The notes below the pieces were generated by a model that was given only the letters and a program-made list of their open reading frames with translations, was not told the DNA's origin and made no database searches. The translations under genes and the position numbers were made by a program. Shown here in pieces: positions 34,662-43,226 of a stretch of DNA of 64,000 nucleotides. Position 1 is the stretch's first letter, and each line of letters starts with the position of its first letter. Source of the DNA: an uncultured Gammaproteobacteria bacterium (GTDB lineage Bacteria; Pseudomonadota; Gammaproteobacteria; Chromatiales; Chromatiaceae); contig CAVTOR010000032.1 of NCBI GenBank assembly GCA_963736235.1, positions 109 through 64,108 of the forward strand. The letters run 5' to 3'.

Positions 34662-37600
34662 ATGGGTACCGAAGACTTCTGCGACTGTTTCCGTCATCGC
34701 CCTCACTTCGGGAGCAAAACACCGATCACGAAGTCTTTGATCGGCGTGAGTTGCGCGCTCTCGTTGGCGCTATCTCCGGCGGCGCTCGCTATCGAGTTCC
34801 TGGATGTTACGGCGACGGCCGGTCCCTTTCCTGTCACCGAATCCTGGGGAGCAACGGCCGTCGATGTGAACGGCGACGGCTGGACGGATCTTTGGCACAA
34901 CAGCCATAGATCCCGTCCGTACCTGTATCTGAACGAGGGGAATGGGGTCTTCTCCGATATCACCTTGGCGGCCGACAGGTCCGATACCTGGATCGGAGAA
35001 TACGGGGCGGATCAGCATGCGGGCACCTGGGGTGACTTCGACAACGACGGCGACCAGGACCTTTTCGTCGCGACCGGCATCAATTTCGACGCGCAGTTAC
35101 TGGTGAATCAGGGCGGCTACTTTGTCGATCAGACAGCGTACTACGGCATGCTCGTCGACTACGAGGGACAAGGGGCCTACTGGTTGGACTTCTCGGGAGA
35201 CGCGTATCTGGACGTCTTGTCCAGTCGGCCCGATGGGGGCAAGCTCTACGAACAGCTGCCGTTGGTCGGATTCAGGAACCGCACCCTCCAAACCGGATTC
35301 GAATGCCAGCGCGGATGGATCAACCTGGCGGATCTGTCCGTGGATGGCAAGCCGGATGTGTTGTGCGCGTTCACCGACGGCATCAAGTCCGTGTTCGACA
35401 TCTCCCCATATGCCACGTCGGATGGCGCCACACCCTTCGCCGACATCACATCGATTCTACCGGCTGTGCCGGCATTGACGGACACCGTTGCCGGGGACTT
35501 CGACGGCAACCTGCAGAGCGACATCGTGGGGTTGTTGGGGGTGCTCAGGAGAAATGGCGCGGACCTGGTGACGCCTGATCGCATCGAGGCGAATTTTCAG
35601 GTGTCGGCGCCCAAGCCATACGTGGGGTTCGATTTCGCCGGCGGCGATCAGCTAAAGATCACCGTCCAGTCCGTCCAGTTCAATCCTAACCACATCCTCA
35701 TCGGCAGCGCCGGGACAAGAGCGCCGGATAGTGTGTTCACCCTCGACAGTGCCGATGGTTCCACCCATGGGTTGGCGGAAGCGGATCCCAACGCGCAGAG
35801 CTTGAACATCGGCTACATGGGAGCAGGGCGCTGGGAGGTGCGGGTGTATCCCGATCCTGTCCGCAACTGGCGCGGCCACATCATCGTGGAACGCCTGTCC
35901 GGTGCCTCCTTTTCCGAGCTGGGTTATACCGGCCAGAGCCAATGGGATCTGCCGGCGCAACCGGTTCTGCTGATGAACGAGAACGGATTCTTTACCAATC
36001 AAGCGGCGACGAGAGGATTGGATCAGGCCGTGTCCTGCGCCAGCGCAGGGGTCGGTGATTTCGACAACGACATGGATCTGGACCTGTATTTCGTCTGCCA
36101 GACGGCCGCATCGAATATCGCCAATCGCCTGTACGAGAACCTCGGAGACGGAACATTCGTCGAGGTCGCCAGCGCCGGCGGGGCTATGGGACCGGTTGGC
36201 GGTTCGTCGGGTGACGCCGTGGGCGCCGGGGATTCTGTGGTGGTGGCGGACCTCGATGCTGACGGCTTTCTCGATCTTTTCGTGACCAACGGTCTCAATC
36301 TTGAACCTGTCAGGGTCGGCGGTCCGGTCAAACTCTACCGTAACGTTGGGAACTCGAACCGTTGGATCGAGCTTGATCTGGTAGCGACGAGCACTAGCCG
36401 AGATGCCCTCGGCGCCCAGGTGTTCGTGATGGCGGGTGGCGTGACCCAGTTGCGCGAGCAGGGGGGGGGGTACCATCGCTGGTCCCAGGACGACAAGCGG
36501 ATCCATTTCGGTCTCGGGCAGAACACCCTGGTCGAGACGATCACGGTACACTGGCCGAGTGGGGTCATCGACACATACTTTGACGTTCCAGTGAACGCCC
36601 TTTATCGCATCACCGAGGGTATGGGTGGACTTGCGGGCGTCCTGGAGGCGGTCAACCTCGACTCCGTCGGACCCCTGCCGAGCCCCGGTCTGGGTGACGA
36701 ATGCGGCGAGCCGGTCTACGATCACGAATACGGGCCGGCGCTGCTTCTGTGGCGCGACTGCCCAACTGATACTTGGCACGTCAGGGCAAAGGGTGGACGC
36801 AACGAGGATGCCGTGCGCTATTTCAGCGGCAGCCTCCAGGCGGACGCCGCCTTCCCGTCGGTGGCCGGGTTTCAGCTCGATGGCAACGACACCCTCTATG
36901 TGGGCATGGAAGACAGAATCGAGTTCTCGCTCGGCGTATGGTTTGCGAATGACAACGGGTTCGACTTCGATGCAACAGGGCTCACGTCGCTGTGTCTTGC
37001 GCTGGACGCTCCCGTGGGTACCAGAGTCCTGTTTGGCGTCGGGCGTTGGCCGGTCCAGGGTGCGCTTGACCTTCTGAGCCTGCGGCCGTGCGCCGGTCCT
37101 GCGTACACCCTCGATGTCCCCGATATCTCGGCTGCTGAAGGCGGAGGTGCCGCACGATTCACCGTCAACCTCACGCCCGCGCCCGGTGCCGGGGAATCGG
37201 TGGTGGTGAGCTACCAGACCCAGGACGGCAGCGCCGTGGCCGGCAGCGACTACACGACCATGGCCGGCACGCTGACCTATACCCAGGGACAAACGCAGAA
37301 GACGGTCTCGGTGCCGATCACCAACGACACCACCCCCGAGAGCAGCGAGAGCTTCACTTTGAATCTCACCAGCGCTGACACCAACACCGTGAACGCCAGC
37401 GCCACCATCCTTGACGACGACAGCAGCGGCACGCTGCCCGCGTGCGGTCAACCGGCCTACGACAATGCCACGGAGTCGGCGGTATTCGTGTGGAACGACT
37501 GCGGCACCAACGACTGGCACGTGCGGGTGACTGCCGGCGGTCAGACGCTGTCTTACCAGGGCACCCTGACCTCGGATCAGGGCTTTACTACCATGACGGC

Positions 37601-38603
37601 CTTCTCCTTCGAGAGTAACGACGTGCTGCCGCCGAGCTATGTCATGAACGTCGCCAACACCGGCCAGGACGGACTCGACTTCAGTTTCCCGGCCGGAGCG
37701 GCGGTATGCCTGACGCTGAATTCACCGAGCCTGCCGGTGTACGCCGGGTCGGATCGGGCACTCATGGACAACGCGGTGAGCCTACCCGACTTCGGATCCT
37801 GCGACCCCGGCGGCTCAATCCTCAGCGCCGGTGACGTGACGGTGACGGAGAATGCCGGAACGGCGGTATTCACCGTCAATCTCTCGCCGGCGCCCGGTGC
37901 CGGGGAATCGGTGGTCGTCGGCTACCAGACCCAGAATGGCAGCGCCGTGGCCGGTAGCGACTACACGACCACGGCCGGCACGCTGACCTATACCCAGGGA
38001 CAAACGCAGAAGACCGTCTCGGTGCCAATCACCAACGACACGACCCCGGAGAGCAACGAGAGCTTTGGTCTGCAACTGACCAGCGCCGACACTAACACGG
38101 TGAATGCCAGGGCCATCATCCTCGACGACGACAGCGGCGGTGCGCTGCCGCGGCAGAAGGTCTACACCGTTTCTCCCTGCCGGGTGGTCGACACCCGCGG
38201 CGCCGACCCGCAGCTTTCCACCTTCTCTGGGGATCGTCTGGCCCCCGGAGAGACGGTGTCGTTCTACGTCACCGGAAACCTGATCAACGGTCAGGGTGGA
38301 GCGGCGATCTGCGGCATCCCCCCCGAGGCCACCGGTGTGTTCGCCAACGTCGTGGCGGTGCGTCCGCAGGGCAGCGCGATCAGCAACTATCTGACGGTCT
38401 ACCCTTACGGCGAGAGCCGACCGCTCGCCTCGACCGTCAACTACCCGGCAGACATCACCGCCTTGGCCAACGGCGTGCTGGTGCCCCTGTGTGATCCGGC
38501 AGCAGCGACCTGTGACTACGATCTCAACGTCTACAACTACACCAGCCTCGCGGCGCACCTGGTGATCGATGTCACCGGATACCTCGCCGCGTCGGCGCCT
38601 TGA
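34662..38603 (+). CDS. secreted FG-GAP/VCBS - ASPIC/UnbV - (unknown module + Calx-beta) x2 protein with 4-Cys C-terminal domain (paralog B)
   Basis: Same architecture as A, plus a duplicated ~130-aa Cys-containing module, each copy followed by a Calx-beta domain. Start at ATG 34662 is provisional (long n-region before 'LIGVSCALSLALSPAALA'). Confidence 0.8.
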   Translation: MGTEDFCDCFRHRPHFGSKTPITKSLIGVSCALSLALSPAALAIEFLDVTATAGPFPVTESWGATAVDVNGDGWTDLWHNSHRSRPYLYLNEGNGVFSDITLAADRSDTWIGEYGADQHAGTWGDFDNDGDQDLFVATGINFDAQLLVNQGGYFVDQTAYYGMLVDYEGQGAYWLDFSGDAYLDVLSSRPDGGKLYEQLPLVGFRNRTLQTGFECQRGWINLADLSVDGKPDVLCAFTDGIKSVFDISPYATSDGATPFADITSILPAVPALTDTVAGDFDGNLQSDIVGLLGVLRRNGADLVTPDRIEANFQVSAPKPYVGFDFAGGDQLKITVQSVQFNPNHILIGSAGTRAPDSVFTLDSADGSTHGLAEADPNAQSLNIGYMGAGRWEVRVYPDPVRNWRGHIIVERLSGASFSELGYTGQSQWDLPAQPVLLMNENGFFTNQAATRGLDQAVSCASAGVGDFDNDMDLDLYFVCQTAASNIANRLYENLGDGTFVEVASAGGAMGPVGGSSGDAVGAGDSVVVADLDADGFLDLFVTNGLNLEPVRVGGPVKLYRNVGNSNRWIELDLVATSTSRDALGAQVFVMAGGVTQLREQGGGYHRWSQDDKRIHFGLGQNTLVETITVHWPSGVIDTYFDVPVNALYRITEGMGGLAGVLEAVNLDSVGPLPSPGLGDECGEPVYDHEYGPALLLWRDCPTDTWHVRAKGGRNEDAVRYFSGSLQADAAFPSVAGFQLDGNDTLYVGMEDRIEFSLGVWFANDNGFDFDATGLTSLCLALDAPVGTRVLFGVGRWPVQGALDLLSLRPCAGPAYTLDVPDISAAEGGGAARFTVNLTPAPGAGESVVVSYQTQDGSAVAGSDYTTMAGTLTYTQGQTQKTVSVPITNDTTPESSESFTLNLTSADTNTVNASATILDDDSSGTLPACGQPAYDNATESAVFVWNDCGTNDWHVRVTAGGQTLSYQGTLTSDQGFTTMTAFSFESNDVLPPSYVMNVANTGQDGLDFSFPAGAAVCLTLNSPSLPVYAGSDRALMDNAVSLPDFGSCDPGGSILSAGDVTVTENAGTAVFTVNLSPAPGAGESVVVGYQTQNGSAVAGSDYTTTAGTLTYTQGQTQKTVSVPITNDTTPESNESFGLQLTSADTNTVNARAIILDDDSGGALPRQKVYTVSPCRVVDTRGADPQLSTFSGDRLAPGETVSFYVTGNLINGQGGAAICGIPPEATGVFANVVAVRPQGSAISNYLTVYPYGESRPLASTVNYPADITALANGVLVPLCDPAAATCDYDLNVYNYTSLAAHLVIDVTGYLAASAP
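38151..38603 (+). repeat. C-terminal-domain coding module, copy in paralog B
   Basis: See 33841-34293. Confidence 0.8.
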
Positions 38604-38623
38604 TCAGCTTTTGGGAGAAACAC

Positions 38624-39148
38624 ATGCGCACACTGACTCGATATGGATTCATCAGCACCCTGCTGGCTTCGTTCACCTTCAACCCCGCGGCCCAGGCGGG
38701 TGGCCCCTACGTCATCCACACCGTGTCGCCGTGCCGTGCGGTCGACACCCGTACCGCCGACCCGCAGCTTTCCACCTTCTCCGGGGATCGCCTCGCCCCT
38801 GGAGAGACCGTGCCCTTCTTCGTGACCGGTGCCCTGATCACCGGCCAGGGCGGAGAAGCCGACTGCGGCGTGCCCGCCGCGGCAACGGGCGTGTTCGTCA
38901 ACGTCACGGCCGTGCGCCCACTGGGCAGCGGCACCAGCGGCTACTTGACTCTCTATCCCTATGGTGAGAGCCAGCCGACGGCCTCCACCATCAACTACAT
39001 GTCAGACGCCACCGCCGTGGCCAACGGCGTGCTGGTACCCCTGTGTGATCCGGCCGCAGCGACCTGTGACTACGATCTCAATGTCTACAACTTCACCAAC
39101 CTCGCGGTGCATCTGGTGCTGGACGTTACCGGGTACCTGACCGAATGA
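38624..39148 (+). CDS. stand-alone secreted copy of the 4-Cys C-terminal domain (174 aa)
   Basis: Signal peptide 'MRTLTRYGFISTLLASFTFNPAAQA'. The rest is collinear with the last ~150 aa of paralogs A, B and C, with all four Cys conserved. Confidence 0.8.
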   Translation: MRTLTRYGFISTLLASFTFNPAAQAGGPYVIHTVSPCRAVDTRTADPQLSTFSGDRLAPGETVPFFVTGALITGQGGEADCGVPAAATGVFVNVTAVRPLGSGTSGYLTLYPYGESQPTASTINYMSDATAVANGVLVPLCDPAAATCDYDLNVYNFTNLAVHLVLDVTGYLTE

Positions 39149-39207
39149 GGTTAATCGTGTCGACCATCTCAACTTCCTGCGGCGGTTCTCTGACGGACAA
39201 GCCGGAC

Positions 39208-42061
39208 ATGCCGAGGCGTTCACCGATGTTAAGCCGGGCTTGGCGCAGCAGGGCAGCCGTGAATGCCGCGGGCAGATCGCTGCTCAAGCTCACCCGCCGT
39301 CATGGGCTCATTGCCGGATCCGCCCTCCTGCTCTTTCTGCCGATCGCGGCCCAAGCCGCCATCGGCGCCAACCAGTTTGTGGAAGCCACCGCCGGAGGCG
39401 TGCCGGTGATCGACAGCCCCGGTGAGACCTGGGGTGCTTCCTGGGGAGACTACGACGCCGACGGCGATCCCGACCTGTGGATGGGCAAGCACCAGTTCAC
39501 CCCAAGCGCCCTGTATCGCAACAACGGCAACGGCAGCTTCACGAACGTCATCGACAGCGCCGTGATCAATGCCGTCGATCACTACACAGACGACACCCAT
39601 GGCGCGGCCTGGGCGGACTTCGACAACGATGGCGACCAGGACCTGATCGAGGTCTGCGGCGCCGGCGCCGGCGCGGTCGGCAGCGATCCGGTCATCAGCG
39701 ACGCCTGGCGCAACAACCTGTACATTAACGACGGCGGGACCCTCGCAGAGGACGCCCTGAGCTACGGCGAGATCGAATACCCCACCGGGCGCTCGCGCAC
39801 CCCCCTGTGGCTCGATTTCGACACCGACGGACTGCTCGACTTCGCCATCTCCGCCCTGCAGACGACTCCCGAGCAGGCCCCCTCGGCGGTGCTGCGCCAG
39901 GACCTGCTCGGCTTCTTCGATGCCAATGCCGCGGCGGGCTTCCCTGGCGGTAGCTGCCAGAACATGATGCTTGGACACCTCGGGCCGAACGGGGAGCCGG
40001 CGCTGATCTGCGGTGGCGGTGTGCAGATCCAGAGCATCCACGACATCTCCGCCGAACCCTTCATCGACCTGCGCCCGGTCCTCGGCAACGCCGTCTTCAA
40101 CGCCTTTGTCTACGATATGGCCATCGGTGACTTCAACGGCGATCTGCGCCCGGACATCGTCGCCGGCATCACGCCTCCCAGCCTCTCCACGGCGGTGCGC
40201 ATCGGGCCGGCCAACGACCGCATTCACGCCTATCTCGCCCCCTCCGTGACAGAGCGCGGGTTCTCCTTCACCGCCCCCGGCAACGTCGACATCGAATTCG
40301 GCTGGGAGACCGACGAGCAGGACATCTTCCTCGGCGCCAACGCCGTGCCCCCGCCGGCGGACGCCGATCAGGGGCTGCAGGGGCCCGATCGCTTCCCCCA
40401 CCACGTGCAGCTCACCCTCTCCAGCGCCAACTCCGATCATCTGGGCATGGCCGCCAACCGCAGCGCCGGGATCTACATCGGCTATGTCAGCGGCCGTTGG
40501 GAAGTGCGCGTGGTCAATGCCGGAGCCGATGTCAACGTCCTCGCGCGTGCCGGCGGCATCTCCGCCCCGGCCGCCATCGGCGATACCAGCCTCACCCAAG
40601 GTGCTCCCGTTGCCCCGGCGCTCTTCGAGAATCAGGCCGGGGAACTGGTCGCACGTGCCACGGGTGATGTCTTCCTCGATCCACTCGCCAGTGTCCAGAC
40701 CTACGCCCGATCCGTCGTGGCCGGCGACCTCGACAACGACATGGACCTCGACATTTACGTCGGATCCAGCGGGCGCGTGGCCAATGTACCCAACCTCCTG
40801 TTCGACAACCAGGGCGACGGCACCTTCCGCCTGGTGGGCAACGCCGCCGGCGCCGCCGGCGCCACGCCTCGGGCGCACCGACACCGTGACCCTGGTCGAC
40901 TACGATCAGGACGGTTTTCTCGATCTCTTCGCTACCCAGGGCAACTACCCCGCGCCCTTCTCCTACGACGCCGAGCAGCAGCTCTTCCGCAACCAGGGCA
41001 ACGCCAATCACTGGGTCCTGGTCAACCTGCGCGGGGTTGTCTCCAATCGCGACGGCGTCGGCGCCGTCGTCTACGCCAGCACCCCCGACGGCAAGATCCA
41101 GCTGCGCGAACAGGCCAACGGGGTTCACCGCTACGCCCAGGATTACGTGCAGACCCACTTCGGCTTGGGAGCGAATACCACCGTCGATCTCGAGGTGCAC
41201 TGGCCGAGTGGCATCGTCGAAAGCTTCAACGACCTGGCCGCGGATCAGATCTACACCCTGGTCGAAGGTACGAGCGGCGGCTACGCGCTCAGCGCCGGCA
41301 ACGTAACGGTGGACGAGGCTGCGGGAACGGCGGTATTCACCGTCAACCTCTCGCCCGCGCCCGGCGCCGGGGAATCCGTGGTGGTGAGCTACCAGACCCA
41401 GGATGGCAGCGCCCAGTCCGGGAGCGACTACACGGCCGTTTCGGGCACCCTTACCTTCACGGAGGGCCAGACAAAGAAGCCGGTCTGGGTGCCGATCACA
41501 GACGACGCGGCCGCCGAGAGCAACGAGAGCTTCAACCTGCAACTGACCAGCGCTGACACCAACACCGTGAACGCCAGCGCCACCATCCTCGATGATGACA
41601 GCGGCGGCGCGCTGCCGCGGCTGAAGGTCTACACCGTTTCTCCCTGCCGGGTAGTCGACACCCGCAGCGCCGACCCGCAGCTTTCCACCTTCTCCGGGGA
41701 CCGTCTGGCCCCCGGAGAGACCGTGTCTTTCTTCGTCACCGCAAACCTGATCAATGGTCAGGGCGGAGCGGCGAACTGCGGCATCCCCGCTGCGGCCACC
41801 GGGGTGTTCGCCAACGTCGTCGCGGTCCTTCCGCAAGGCAGCGCGATGAGCAACTATCTGACGGTCTATCCTTACGGCGAGAGCCGCCCGCTCGCCTCGA
41901 CCATCAATTACCCGGCAGACATCAATGCCTTGGCCAATGGCGTGCTGGTACCCCTGTGTGATCCGGGCGTAGCGACCTGTGACTACGATCTCAACGTCTA
42001 CAACTACACCAGCCTCGCGGCGCATCTGGTGATCGATGTCACCGGGTATCTGGCCGAATGA
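39208..42061 (+). pseudogene. FG-GAP/VCBS - ASPIC/UnbV - Calx-beta protein with 4-Cys C-terminal domain (paralog C), one frameshift near 40845-40870
   Basis: The N-terminal ~550 aa are in the frame of ORF 39145..41556. From 'LGRTDTVTLVDYDQDGFLDLFATQG' onward the protein is in the frame of ORF 40484..42061. The junction lies in a gccgccggc repeat. Start is ATG 39208 or 39226. Confidence 0.8.
41618..42061 (+). repeat. C-terminal-domain coding module, copy in paralog C
   Basis: See 33841-34293. Similarity to the region after the stand-alone gene continues ~80 nt past the stop (42062-42140 versus 39149-39230). Confidence 0.75.
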
Positions 42062-42593
42062 GGTGGACCGCGTCGACCATCTCGGCTTCCCGCAGCGGCT
42101 CTCTGGTGGAAAAGCCAGGCATGTCGAGGCGCTCATCATAGGTGAGCCGGGGGAGACACAACGGCCATCAGGCGGGGGTGACGCCGAAGCACGGCCTACC
42201 GCCGCCCCCCACCGTCAAGCCCTGTTCCGCCGGCTTTGAGTTGGACCGATGTCCGCTCTCGGGGACGGTGGCCCGCTGAGGCCCCGGCGGGGAAGGTCCG
42301 CTTGGGGTCGACAACCGAAGATGATAGCCGCCGCCTCCCCAGCCTGCTGAGTCAGGCAGACGGCATGGGAATCGTCACCGGCAGCCCAACGACAAGCTGC
42401 CGGATACGCCACTTTCGAAGTGTCGCCTTGGCAGGGAAGCATACGGGATGACGCGGTTGTTCCTGAGCGTCAGGGACTGGTCCGGGCCGGAAAGGCTGTC
42501 GATCTGCCCCTGCTCCAGCTCCCGGAGGATGCGCTGCCCGGCGGTCTCGTCAATCACCAGCACTTGCCTGTTCCAGAACGGGCAGCGCGGGAA

Positions 42594-43070
42594 TCAGGCG
42601 GTGCGGTTTTGCCACCATTCTCGGTAGGCGTCGTCAGGGGCGATGAGCTTGGCCTTCGCCGTGGTGTACCTGTTGCCGTTGGGATCGTCCAGCGTGATGT
42701 CGACCTCGACGATGGCACCGCGGAGCCGCGTGATCTCGACGGTGACCAGGATCTCGTCCCCCGGACACACAGGCTTGCGCAGCCGTTCGGGAGTGAAGGT
42801 GAGTCCGAGCGTGCCGTCGCCGGGAAACTCGCTGCCGAAGATGCCCGAGATGCTGATCTGGATCAGCCCGCCGGGAACGACGATGTCCCTGACATCGGGG
42901 AACCGCAAGCGGGCCGCCTCCAGCTCACGATGGATCGCGTTCCTGTCCCCGCTCAAGGCGCAGTATTGAGCCACCTGCTCGTGGGTGAAGTTGAGCCTGG
43001 TCCGGTGCGTCATTCCGACCCCAAGCATGGGGGCGGTCATACAATCTGTGTCAGCCATCGGGATCTCCAT
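42594..43070 (-). CDS. MaoC-like (hot-dog fold) dehydratase domain protein
   Basis: Motif 'FTHEQVAQYCALSGDRNAIHRELEAA' followed by a hot-dog beta region. Several candidate ATG starts. Confidence 0.65.
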   Translation of the reverse strand: MEIPMADTDCMTAPMLGVGMTHRTRLNFTHEQVAQYCALSGDRNAIHRELEAARLRFPDVRDIVVPGGLIQISISGIFGSEFPGDGTLGLTFTPERLRKPVCPGDEILVTVEITRLRGAIVEVDITLDDPNGNRYTTAKAKLIAPDDAYREWWQNRTA

Positions 43071-43226
43071 GACGAAAGGCCTGCGGACGATACTCGCGCG
43101 CCTCGGACGCGCGCTGACAGTGCGAAAGATCCGCTAGTATAAATCGGTAGTCCCCGCGAGTTCCTGGTCTCGACGAGCCCGGCGGCCTCGCGGTGCGGTC
43201 ATCCCTATCGGGTTCCAGCTGGCACA

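Noticed and set aside
42062-42590. Possible antitoxin-like remnants on the minus strand ('LTYDERLDMPGFSTREPLREAEMVD', and 'VLVIDETAGQRILRELEQGQIDSL' in ORF 42375-42563).
   Set aside because: The frames are short, interrupted by stops and lack a partner toxin. Part of the segment is simply the repeated sequence that follows the 4-Cys-domain genes. No family could be assigned.
43114-43143. A sigma70-like promoter (CTGACA ... TATAAA) upstream of the 1208-aa fusion gene, and a TGGCAC element at 43219-43224 considered as a sigma54 site.
   Set aside because: The -35/-10 spacing is off (15 or 18 nt). The TGGCAC lacks the downstream TTGC and lies only ~3 nt upstream of the start codon. The support is not sufficient.
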